From the human T2T-CHM13v2.0 reference genome, Homo sapiens: a DNA stretch of 64,000 bases. The notes under the pieces were generated by a model. The model worked only from the letters and a program-made list of their open reading frames with translations. It had not been told where the DNA came from and made no database searches. This document shows positions 28,457 to 43,356 of this stretch, in pieces. The number at the start of each line of letters is the position of its first letter. The first letter of the stretch is position 1. The position numbers and the translations under genes were made by a program. The stretch lies in assembly GCF_009914755.1 (NCBI RefSeq), contig NC_060941.1; one strand, 5' to 3'.

Positions 28457-29110
28457 AAAAAGTAGGTTCTGATTCAGTAGTTGACTGTGCATCAGAATGT
28501 TACTAAGCACCTATTAGGTACTAGGCATTTTCTAGGCACTGGAGGCCTGTGAGATATAAAAGAGATAAAGGTTCCCGTGCCCAAGTTGTTAATGAGTGCC
28601 CCCAACCCATGCAGGCCACTTCCTTATCTGGCAAAATCATTTGGGACGTCAGTAAACACTCAATGTTCCTGGTATCCATAGTGCCAGGGACATGGTCAGC
28701 AGTCAGATGTGACTCACTGTGGGCCCAGCATCATAAGAGGCAGGCATAGAAGGCCTGGCTTTGCATTCATATAGCTCACAACTTCACTGAGGAGACCAGT
28801 TGTTTATGGGATTGCAGGAAACCCCAGGAAGCCCCAGCCAGGGAAGAGCTTATGTTGTCAAATTCACAGCCTGTAGGAATTCACTGGGTCCACTAGTTCT
28901 CTTGCACAGGTGCTACTTTCCAGTTATTTCCTGGTTTTATAAATATGTGTCTCCTCTTTCAACTCCTTGACAAGCTCTTTACGGAAAGGGACATCAGGGC
29001 GTCATGTCTAGCGTCTAGTAGCTTCTTTCCCTGATCCTCATCTCCGCACCTGGTACAGGGCAGTGCATGAATGGATGACAAATGATCACCACCATTAACA
29101 GGCATTTGTC

Positions 29111-29422
<312 letters not shown>

Positions 29423-30448
29423 CGAGGCATCCATCACTGGGTCTCTTCATGAGACACAACCAAGAAACACAATGTGAGTGAATTCTCCAGTTCTGGTAGA
29501 TGAAGGAGAGGGAAGGAGGGCTTCTCTGCTGACTTAGTGCCTCTCTTTTGCTCAATGTTACCATCAGATTCTGAATGTTTTCTACGAGAAATTACTGAGA
29601 TGCAAATCAAGAAGTGTGAATTTAACAAGAGCCAGTTGGTTTCCTACTTTCATTTGGGTGCCTTTTTTTGTTTTTTGTTTTAAACAGGGTCTCACTCTGT
29701 CACACAGGCTGGAGTGCGGTGGCACCAATCATGGCTCACTGCAGCGTCAGCCTCCCGGCAGCATCAACGGCACCGGGCCTGGGTGCCTCTTAACTGGTTA
29801 TCTGTACCTGTTACTGCTCGGTGGTCTAAGTGGGTGAGATCAATTTCAGGGTTTCTCCAGTTCAATGTGAGCTTGTGGTGAGAGAAGAGTGTCCCTGGTC
29901 CCTCCTGCTGCTTTTTGCTCTGGTTCCCAGCTTGCTCCTTGCAACTTCTTCCTAGTCCAGGACAGATTTACTGGAAGTTTCTTTAGAGGCAGTGCTTTAG
30001 GGCTTTGGTCTTCATCTGTTGGGTTGTACTGTTTGTCGTTTGTCATGTTTGCTTTGCAAGCCTGGTGGCTAATGTTGCTTGCATTGGCTCACTGCTCTTG
30101 GGGCCATCTGTAACCTGTATCAACCCCGGATGCTTTGAAGTTCAGTGTGCAATAAAAAGTTCATTAAAAAGATGTGGAATCATGAAAATAAGGTTACAGA
30201 AATGTTAACAAAGGATCATATCCTGCTTCTGGTACTTTTCTTTTTTAAAAAATGTATTTCTTTGAGAAATTTATGTCAGCATTTAAACCATGGAAGAGTT
30301 TAGGAAGGACAGGCCTGGGTCAAAAGGAGGGTGAGATTCTTGAGGAGATATCTTGGCAGAGCCCCAGCCTGTTGTCTTAATTGAGAGCTCAGGGTCTAAG
30401 GAGAGAATGTGAGCCAGAAAAAAAAAAATCTAGGTTTCTTATGACTAA

Positions 30449-30876
<428 letters not shown>

Positions 30877-31143
30877 TAGAGGCTCATTCGGTTATATGAC
30901 CATTGATGACCATTTAATTACTACTCATGTTTAATAATAAGCAATTATGTGATCGTCACTTACTTTTCAGCCAGAGGGTCACCATGTGTACACTTAGCAG
31001 CTGCTAAATCTTAGTCCTAACAATGATAGTCCCATATCCTCCCAAGCGACCGTGAGGACCTCAACAGCTTGCACATCTAATAAACAGCACTGCAGGGTTT
31101 TCAGGGCTGCCACCGGACAGCTCTGGGTCACAGCCAGACTTAC

Positions 31144-31257
31144 CCTCTCTCTTTCCACCTGGTTGTGGTTGAGCCTCATGAGTTCTGCAAACCTCTGCTC
31201 ATAGAGGTGAAGCAGCAGCACCAGGTACAAGCCTGAATTCATCAGCTCGTTTTGTGC
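31144..31257 (-). CDS. MARCHF10: MARCHF10 exon 9 (AQNELMNSGLYLVLLLHLYEQRFAELMRLNHNQVERER)
   Basis: ttgtag| and |gtaagt; 114 nt; MARCH7/10-type post-RING SGLYLVxLLHL motif. Confidence 0.95.
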
Positions 31258-32625
31258 CTACAAATGGAAAAGAAAGCTCTTCAGTTCATCTGTAAAATAG
31301 TCATGGTCTAAATTGTGGGATGCAGGGTAACAAGGCTAAGAGGTGACAAGAACTGGGAGAAGAGCCCAAGCTCCAAGGCAAGGCCTGCTCTTGGGGACCA
31401 GAAGACAGAGCAGGAGGAGATCCAGGGTAGAGGCCAGGGCAGCCACTCCCCTGGGATTTTTTACTAGCTAGTGGAGGATGCTCGGAGAAAGTTCCATTTT
31501 CCAGGCTCAATCCCATTCCACATTTATTGAGCAGTTACATATGCAAAGCCTTGAGCTGGATGTTGTGGGGAACACAGGGCAAAAAGCCTCAGAACTCCCT
31601 GCTGGGAACCGATCACCTGGTGTGGGGGAGAGAGCTTCATCGGTAAACAGCTCCAGTACAAGCTGGATGTGTCGGGTGCTACAACAGAGATGCACCAGGC
31701 CTTGTCCATAACGTTCTCAGCAGTCACAGATGTCCCCTTGTGAAAGGCTTCCTGAGGAGCCTCCTTTGCCCCCATCATTCCTTTGCTTCCCAGTCCCTAA
31801 GCATTCGTCTTGATCTTGCATATCACCTTTTGCACTTGTTAACGTTTCCGCTTTCTCTTGAGGAGTGGGCTGTGCTTTTTTTCTCGCTGGTGCTCAGAAC
31901 AGGCGCTACACAGGGAGGATGTGATGGTCTGGCTGCCCATGGCACTTCTCTGTCCTTAGCACTTGGGCTTTGCTGCCAAGAGTGGCTGTGCTCACTCTAG
32001 ACCTTTCACAGACCTTCCATAAATCAGTGGTATTAGTAACAACTACTCCTATCCCTCTATAGGGGAAGGAGGGGAAGGCCCTTTCAGTCCCCATCTTTCC
32101 CTTGAGTGGGGGTCTTGGGATGGGCCAGGCTGTGCTCACAAAGCCACCCAGCCCCCGGGGAATAGAGTCCCCAGCAGAGGGCATGGCCCCTTCCGTCACC
32201 CTTGGGAAAGCTTGCAACTGTGACTCTGTCGGCCCAGGATAACGATGCGTGGGCATGAATGACACAGTGAGCACTCAGTGTCTCATCTGCCTTCTTCCTG
32301 CAGCAGCGCGGGTGCCACATCTTCCTGTTCTCATTAGATCCAGGGCAGCTCAGGAGGTTGGCACAGAACCCACCTCTCCCAGGACCAAGCAGCTGCCAGA
32401 AAAGGCACAGAAGTTGAGCAAGGATTGATATGCTCTTCCTTCTGAATCAGGGCCAACTCTGGATCTTGGTGACAGCCGGCCCTGAGATCACTGCTGCAGG
32501 CCTCTCCACCATTCTACAGATCCATCTTCGAAGGCCCCAGTCCTCTGTCCTTAGCAGTTAGCCTCCTATTTTTAGCCTTTGGTCGTGTTTTTTGTGCTCT
32601 GCTGACCTTGGCCTAGAGTGAGTAG

Positions 32626-32957
<332 letters not shown>

Positions 32958-34671
32958 ACTTTTTCTGTTTTAATTGCCTCCTCCTGCCCTCCCCGTGAGT
33001 CTGTGCCTGCCTCCGACTGTCTCGCCAACCACCTCTTCTGAGAAGCCTTCCTCACCTGGCTTTTAGCTCCTCCTCACCAACAAAGCCTTGGTCCTTATTT
33101 GTTTACCTCATCCCCGGCTTCCTCCTGCAAAAGCTGCCAGTGGTTCTCTCACCAGTGCTCTTTGCCAGCCAGCTTTTATGCTTGAGACACCGGGATGCAT
33201 GATGACAAATCAATCAGCTAGAAAATGGTTTGGAACTATCAGGTTTGTCAAAGCATTCAGGAAAATCATTTACTTTTTATGACTCAATAAGGCCCAGAGG
33301 CATGCAGATGGGAGAATATCCACTAATGTTTTCTGCAGATAATTTGAAAAGTCACTTCTAGCAGATTGTGTCTCTTCTCTGATCTGTGGGAGGGAACCTG
33401 CCACACAGTGCCATCAATCTCGCCGGCTCGGTTCCTTTATGTGCGCCCTTTGCAGAGCTGGTGATGCTCGACAAAGGGGCTCAGCCCACCAATCAGAGCA
33501 GGCGTGTGATAGTCAACTCCGAATCAGCCTTTACACTCCTGAGCTACAAGTGGGAGGGATTTGTTAACTCAAAGAGTTCCACCGCACTTGGCTGGCCAGG
33601 GCCAAATGAACGAGGTTTTGGAGCAGGGCTTACTGGAGCTACGGCCCATCCACCCCTTCCTTGTCCCAATCACATCACACTTTGACTCCCACGTGGAGTT
33701 CCCTTTGTGTGCCAGACTGAAGGGAATGGGGGTGGCATTAATAGGAGGGGGCGGGGACATTAAAAAGGAGAAGGCATGTGAAACAGCGCAAAAGGGCTCC
33801 GGAGATCTCAGCCCACCTGCCAGCTGTTTTCTCCATTTTGCTAATATTCATTTAGGCCAAGAGACTTGCTACTGACGGAAATTCTCAATATATTCCACTT
33901 AAAGAAGCTGACAGCCTGGCTGAATGTTCTATCAAGTCTTCAAATATATTCAAGAGTGCTCCTAGGTATAAGGGTGATTAGGTGACTGCGTGTGTCTGAG
34001 GACATCTGTCCTTGGCTGAGATGGAGCCAGGCCAGGCCTGTGCTTCACAGCAATGACAGCCTGAGGCCCACTGAGACTCTCCTGTGCGGCAGAGCAAGGA
34101 TGGCAGGGGTGTGTTCCAATTCAGTGAGCAGGGGCCCCTGGAGTGCATCTTACCTGGAAAGCGCTGCCGGCTAAGGTGGGCAGTGCAGGGCCACCGGACA
34201 CTGTGACTTTAGGCAGAGTTTTAACTGTGCAGGACCAAAGGGACTCAATTTGTAATGGAAGGGAAGTAACCTCTGTTCTGCCTGTTTCCTCAAAGCATGA
34301 TAGTAAAGTGAGCTAATATATGGGATCTCGCAACACCAACACATCCTACAAGAGACAAGATTTAAAGACCGGATTCCAGGTAAATTGTCTGGGCGTTAAG
34401 ATCTGTGAGGGCAAGACCTGCATCTGTCTTGTTTGCTCCTGACTCCTAGTGCCTGGCCCAGTGCCTGGTATACTGTGCATGCTTTATAAATATATGCACA
34501 GATGAAGCAATGAGAAAAAAATGCATAATTGTGATGGATCAGACAGTGACCCATTCAGCCACAACTTTTGAATCTAGTGGCTCCAGGTTTAACATGCATC
34601 AGAAATACTGAGCAGGCCTTTTCAAACACAGTTGCCAGGCAGTCCCGTCCCCTCCCCTCCCCCTTCTCCTC

Positions 34672-34959
<288 letters not shown>

Positions 34960-36221
34960 TCACTGCTCCTCCTTTCCTCCCTGCATTTCTGATTCAGCTG
35001 GACTGGAGTGGGCCCAAGAATGTGTACTTCTAACAAGTTCCCAGATGATGCTAACGCTCCTGGTTTGGGGACCACCCATTTTTGAGAACCACTGATCTAA
35101 ACTAAGGGTGAGCACGTGGTAGCTGCTAAGCTGAATCTGGCCTGTGGATGTGCTCTGGTTGGATGGAAGGAAGCAAGAAGGAAGGTAGAAAAGAAGAGCA
35201 TGACCATCTTTAGTTGGGGAGAGCACTTTCCATTTTGCCACAAATGCCACCACGCCCAATGGCAGGATACCTAGAAGATTACCATCATTTGTTGTCTGCC
35301 TGGCCTCTGTGGTATTTGAGTGTGTAACCTGTGACCTAAGCTTTCCTTAAACCTGTTTTCACCTCATCCATTTTGGAGGCTAGAATGTTATTTGGCTCGC
35401 CGCATGCTGCTATCCAGGAGTTCTGCCCTCCACCGCAAAACCGAGTGCCCAACCAGCATCCAATATGAGTCCTGCTTCCAGGCGACAGCCAACGCTCACA
35501 GGAGCAAATGTAGGCTTGCCTCACACACAGCACTACCGAAAGAGTCAGGAGAAAGGAGGGCTGTACTGCCACAGGCCCTGACAGACCTAAGATGAAACCG
35601 CCAGGTCCCTGGGGTCCCACAGCTGCTCTTGTCTAATGATCCCCTCTCCAGATGCTTGTAGGAGTTCCTGATCTAGCCGCTTGAGGCCTGGTAACAGACC
35701 TTGACCTTGGGCCTCATACTAGAATAATCCGAGTTCAGTGCCCTGTTAGCACCTGTGAGCAGCATCTGCCCTGCTCCCACCAGAAGTACAGAACTAAGGT
35801 AGGAAAACGTGCTCTGACGGGAGCCCCTCCACACTCTCAAAGGCCACCGACAGTGCTGACCCGGCACCTAGAGGACACGCCCTGATCTGTGCTCAGGTCC
35901 CAGGGGAGGCGTCCGTCCCAGATGTCACAGACTTCACTCCAAGGCCCGGTGGATAGAAGGCCCGCTCCTCTCTTTCCTTCCGCTGTTAAACATCTCTTCT
36001 TCAGAAAGGCCTTCTCTGGTTCAGAGAGCAAGTCGGAGTCCCACAGCTGTTCCCGCAGCGGCCTGCATGGTCCTTGTTTTGACCTCCACCTGCAGGAATT
36101 GCTGGCTTCAGTCTTCGCTGCTGGTCGGTAGGGCCCTGCGGGTCTTGGGTACGGCAGCATTTTCGGCACAGTATCTCACAGGCAGCAGGTGCTCAATAAG
36201 TATTTGAAAATTTAGTTAAAC

Positions 36222-36445
36222 TGGCTGGGTGTGGTAGCTCACACCTGTAACCCTAGCACTTTGGGAGGCCAAGGTGGGAAGATCACTTGAGCCCAAGATT
36301 TTGAGACCAGCCTGGGCAACAAAGTGAGACAGACCCCATCTCTCAAAAAAAAAAAAAAAGAAAAAAAGCAGGGTGTGGTGGCACACACCTGTGGACCCAG
36401 CTACTTAGGAGGCTGAGGCAGGAGGATCCCTTGAACCCAGGAGGG
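36222..36445 (+). mobile_element. AluJ-like, 3' truncated
   Basis: Alu match ending within the right arm. Confidence 0.85.
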
Positions 36446-37369
36446 ACCCTGGCCCCATCCCAGAGCTGGGGTTAGACCTGGGTTGGGCCTGTGTATCACC
36501 ATTTTAATAGAAAAAAAGAAGACCTGCAGCTAAATGTTATAAGTTATCATTTTGGGTGGTAAATTATAAGAAATTTTTGTATGGTTTTTGTAATTAAACA
36601 AAAGCAAAAAAAAAAAAATTCTAAGTGGGAAAATATATAAGAAAAACAGTTCACTAGTCAGTTAGTTTGAGGTTAAGTGAGAACCAGGCTGAGCTGAAGC
36701 CCGTTCTAGGTTTCTTTTGGTTTTGCCCCTTTTTTGGTACATGTCTAGACTTGTACACGTCTAGAAGTGGTGCCACTTCTCCAGAAAGGAACCCATTTGC
36801 CAAGGACAAGCAGCAGGAGGGTGGCCAGGAGGCCCAGGTGAGCCAGGTTTGGAAGCGAGGGGAAGGGACCAGGCCCACAAGGCACAGGTGTCCATGTCAC
36901 CTCCACGGCCAGGCTGGTGGCCTCCTCAGCTGGGCTTGTCCCCTCAGTGGGCTCACCGCGCCTCGGGGACGAGCTGAGTTTCAGTGACGTTGTAGATATC
37001 TTTGTGTTCAACAACAGTTGCTTCAGTCTTTATCTATGGCGAGCTTCAGAATTCGCCCAAGTCAGGCTCCCTGGGGCCTGGGGTTTCGCCCAGGCTGTGA
37101 GCAGACAGGCACTATGAATTCCCAGCAGGTCATGGGGACAGTCAGGGCTGCAGTGAGGTGTGAGCCCTCAGCCGCCTCCAGACAGCAGCCGCCCATGCTA
37201 TGACCTGGCTCTCCCCACAGGGCGGGCCTGGCAGCCTAGCTGTCACCTGGGATGATAATGCGGGCATTTCCCAAAGGCTCTGATGGCTTGTGAAGTTCTC
37301 ACTGAAACGAATTTAAAATCATTCCTGCTTCCACGTGGAGCAATGACTGTGCTGGATGCTTTCTGTCTC

Positions 37370-37620
37370 TCCTGCAGATCCGCACCCCTCCTGCTCTGTG
37401 GCCCAGGGGCCGGCCCCATGGCTTTCCCCAGCCGGGCTTCCTTGCCCTCTGGCTTCCCGTTGGGTTTGGCCCATGGGAGGCCCCGGCAGGAGACCCGAGG
37501 GCGGAGGAGGGAGAAGCTGGGTGTCTCTTCCCAATCCCTCTCTGCTGGGCGTGGTGTGACAGTGGTTGCTGTCTTCTCCTGAAGGCCACAGGCTGCTGGT
37601 GGCTGATCCTTAGCTACAGC
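37370..37620. mobile_element. Old ERVL-type LTR fragment (LTR33-like)
   Basis: ccttgccctctggcttcccgttgggtttggcccatgggagg resembles the recalled LTR33 core. Confidence 0.5.
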
Positions 37621-39054
37621 GCTCAGGACCCTGGCCACACTGCTAGTCCCAGGACGCCTCCTCGTTCCTTGCTGCTTTCTTTTGCTGCCCAGATTTCCCT
37701 CCTCCCTTCTGCGTTCTTCACTTGCCCCCTTTGAGTGTGCCACCATCTCTTCCCACCCAGATCCTGGCTGATACAATTACTGTCATAGTTCTTTCTAGAA
37801 GGTGCTTGTAGCCAGTTGTCTTAACATGGAGGGTGCGGTGGGGCCGAGGATATGGATGTGACCCAGTGGGGCTGGTTTGTTTTGTTAGTTCACTGATGGA
37901 CTCTAGGCCAGTCATTGGTGCACGTAGCTTTCTCCCCTGAGTGCCAAGTCAGTCGAGCGTCTCTGTGGCTGTAATCTGACAGTTCTCATGCGTGGAGCCT
38001 CCTCTGCCCACACTCTGTCTATGAGGTGATGTACTCGAGTCTTTTCCTACATCCAGACCTGTGAGGTGTGAGTTAACATCTCTCACCTTCTACAGATAAG
38101 AGAACTGAGGTGCAGAGAATTGCCATAGTCTCCTCAAGGTCACGGGGCCACTCTGGGGAAGAGAGTAGGGTTTAGACTGAGATCTTAATCAAAGCTGGTA
38201 GGCTTTTCAGTGGGACCTGCGGCCTCAGACTACATGAGTGCAAACATCTTAGTACAAATGGAAAAATGTGCTGCTGTTGGGTCAGTTCTATAAATGCCAT
38301 TGATAAAGGACATTAGATGGTGGCAGCAGCTTGGCAGAGGGAGAACCATGTGGAAAGGCTTGGGGCCAAAAGGGATCTTTTCTAGACAAGGCATTCCCCT
38401 GGGCTGCACGGTGTTTGTGGTGTCAGTAGATTGCTCTGATAGATAGTATTCTGGGCAACCCATCCTCACGTGGACACGTCCTCCTTAGGAGATTCGGCAG
38501 GCTCCGTTGCCCAAAATGATCTATTTCTTGAGATGAACCTGTCGGCACCCTGACTGGCACCTGACCTCAGGCACTGAGAGGTTCTGGTTTCTTTCAGTAT
38601 TTCGCCTCCCACATGCTCAGCGTCCAGGAATGTGAGTCGCGCTGTTTATCGTCTCAGATCTTAGTGCCTGGTGGTTATGATGCAGTGATGTGAGACCTTC
38701 AGGCCTCAAAACACTATTTATTTCTCAAGAAGTCCTTCTCCTCTCCCCTCCCCTGCCCTCCCTTCTCTTCCTCTCTTCTTTTCTCTTTTTTCCTTTTCTT
38801 TCTCTAACCTCCTGATGCCTAACCTCTGTAATGCTGCTGTGGCATTATGCCCTTATTCACTGAACTCTTCAAATATCCTTCATTCTTGTCAATATTTTGT
38901 TCTTTGGTCTACACCCTTAAAATTTTAAACAAGGAAACTGCAGAATTGCCTAGACTCACACAAATCATTTTGACTTAGCTGTCAAAACGTTGGCCAAAAA
39001 AAGGTCTGGTAAATATTAATTGACTGCTTATAAAGTGGAAATCACCTTCTAGAT

Positions 39055-39258
39055 CAGCCCCATCCAATAGAATACACTCAGAGATACAAACACAAATCAC
39101 AGATGTAATTTAAAATTTCTAGTAGCCACATTAAAGAAGTAAAAAGAAACTGGTGAAATTAATTTTAACAATATAATTTATTAACCTAATATTTTCAAAT
39201 GATCATTTCTGTATGTAATTTTTACTTTTTTTTTGATATTTTACTTTTTTGGCATTAA
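39055..39258 (+). mobile_element. MER33 (hAT) 5' part
   Basis: ccaatagaa...atgtaatttaaaatttctagtagccacattaaagaagtaaaaagaaactggtgaaattaatttt. Confidence 0.75.
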
Positions 39259-39259
39259 G

Positions 39260-41220
<1,961 letters not shown>

Positions 41221-41224
41221 AGTG

Positions 41225-41400
41225 TACTAAGTCTTTGAAACTTGGTGTTTAAAATTAGGTGATATATTACCCCCCTTTTTTTTTTGGTACTGTGTCTTTG
41301 AAATTTGGTGTGTATGTGACACTTACAGGATATGTTGATTAGAACAAGCCACCTGTTCATTAGCCACAAGTGGCTTGTGACTTCTATATTGAACAAAATA
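41225..41400 (+). mobile_element. MER33 3' part
   Basis: tactaagtctttgaaa...cacttacag...agccacaagtggct...tattg. Confidence 0.7.
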
Positions 41401-41403
41401 GTA

Positions 41404-41479
41404 TTAGGTTGGTGCAAAAGTAATTGTGGATATTGCCAACAAAAGTGGCAAAACTGCAATTACTTTTGCACCAACCTAA
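41404..41479. mobile_element. MADE1 (Hsmar1-derived MITE)
   Basis: TIRs ttaggttggtgcaaaagtaattg / caattacttttgcaccaacctaa, with TA on both sides. Confidence 0.95.
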
Positions 41480-41910
41480 TAGTTCTAAATGGAAGACTGT
41501 TTGCCTGAGAATTGGGTGATTAACTGTTATCTCAGGCACAAATCAACTTCCCACTTGAGGGTAACTAACTTTTTTACAATATTAGAAATGCAGTCCAAAT
41601 ACCCTAGGAGAGTTAATTCACTAGGTGATAAAGATCAGCCAGTAGGCATTTACCTCATGTTCATTAGCTGTATGTAGGTAAAGCAGTTCCTTCTTATCCC
41701 AGGGTTACTTGGTATTTAAATTAGGGACCATTTCCTCCAAGACCCTGATTTTTTTTTCTCTTGTTATTAAATTACTTCTGCAAACGTGGGTGTGGAGCTT
41801 GCCAGAATTTTTTGGTATTTTTCTGTGTCCAGTTGCCCACTGAAGCTTCTTACTTTTGTTCCCAACAGCAGGGCAAACTCAACCCAGGACAAATAAGACT
41901 TCCAACTCTC

Positions 41911-42208
41911 GGCCAGGTGTAGTGGCTCACACCTGTAATTGTAGCACTCTGGGAGGTGGAGGCAGACAGATCACTTGAGATCAGGAGTTCGAGACCAAGC
42001 TGGCCAACATGGAGAAACCCCATCTCTACTAAAAATACAAAAATTAGGTGGGTGTGGTGGCACACGCCTGTAATCCCAGCTACTCAGGAGGCTGAGGTGG
42101 GAGGATCGCTTGAACCTGTGAGGCAGAGTTTGCAGTGAGATTGTGCCACTGCATTCCCTCCTGGGCAACAGAGTGAGACTCTGTCTCAAAAAAAAAAAAA
42201 AAAAAAAA
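41911..42208 (+). mobile_element. Alu
   Basis: Full-length Alu. Confidence 0.92.
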
Positions 42209-42396
42209 GGCTTTTCAACTCTCTAATACTCTAATTTAGTGGCAGGTCTTCTCAGAGAAGTAAGCTAAATGGATATTGTCAGACTCCTGCCAGCAGAGAC
42301 CTTCTACATTTCTTAGATCAGGGAAGGGGAATGTCTTCTCGCCCTGCCCCTCTAACATACTTTAACCTGTGGAGGCAGAGTGGCCACATTTCTTAC

Positions 42397-42506
42397 CTGA
42401 GATTGCTGGTGCTTCTGGTAGAACTCAATCATGTTAAAGTCACCCAGGTCAACCAGCAGGCCTTGCTTACACATCTCACAGGTCTTCACGGCACCAAGAT
42501 CTGCTC
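42397..42506 (-). CDS. MARCHF10: MARCHF10 exon 8 (ADLGAVKTCEMCKQGLLVDLGDFNMIEFYQKHQQSQ), last CxxC of the RING-CH
   Basis: aatttaag| and |gtaaga; 110 nt; CEMC. Confidence 0.95.
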
Positions 42507-43316
42507 CTTAAATTGGATAAAGAATTATATGTACATATAACCATGGGTCTGTTTGTGTTAGCACTTTGGACAGGTGATATTTGGGGAGTGAACTTGTGTG
42601 TGTTATGAATTCTGAGCTTCAGTGACCTTCCTTTAAAGCCAGCCATCTTCTGTAGAAAATGACCTTGAATCTGAGAGCTGAAAAATTTCCTTTGTAGTCA
42701 TCTATTATGCAAGCTTCATAGAAGTGAAATTCCCACGACTTTTAAATAGCAGATCTTGCTTTCTATTTAAATATAAACAGGATGGTTCATAAACTTGGAA
42801 TTGCTGCACAGAGGCTAAGAGTCTGTAACACAGGTGTTTGTAAAAAGAGTGACTATTCAGCTTTTTTTTTTTTTATTGTAGACCCAACACAGGTCCAAGT
42901 AAATAAATTAGTGAGGACCAAAATAGATGGCAGAAGCTATTCTCGATCAATGGCTTAAAAATCTGCCTTTACTCCTGCCCAGGTAACATTGCCACCTGAG
43001 AACAGTGAGGGAGCGAGGGGCCAGGTGTGGGTACTAGTTACAGTAGTACCCAGGGCCAGCTCATCAGCCTGAGCTCAGACTCATCGGGGAAAAGGAATAT
43101 GAGAAGGCTTCCTTTGTTGCTGTTTTTATAAAAACAGGCATTCTAGATCAGCATTTTTATCCTATTCCCCAATGCAAAAGTGGAGGATGCAGAGCTGGGC
43201 TGTTATGTCTAAGCAAACATTCTGCCAGACAGTTTCTCCCCCTTAGTTGCGGCTTTTGACTAATGATGTACTGGTGTTTATTTTATGCATTAGAAAATAA
43301 AAGACCTATTAGTTAC

Positions 43317-43356
43317 CTGCATGTATTTGGTAAAAATAGGGCTTGTGCAGTTTCAT
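43317..43356 (-). CDS. MARCHF10: Candidate alternative first coding exon of a short MARCHF10 isoform (MKLHKPYFYQIHA-G)
   Basis: ATG at 43356 with G at -3 and an upstream in-frame TAG; CAG|gtaact donor; phase 1 fits exon 8. Confidence 0.5.
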
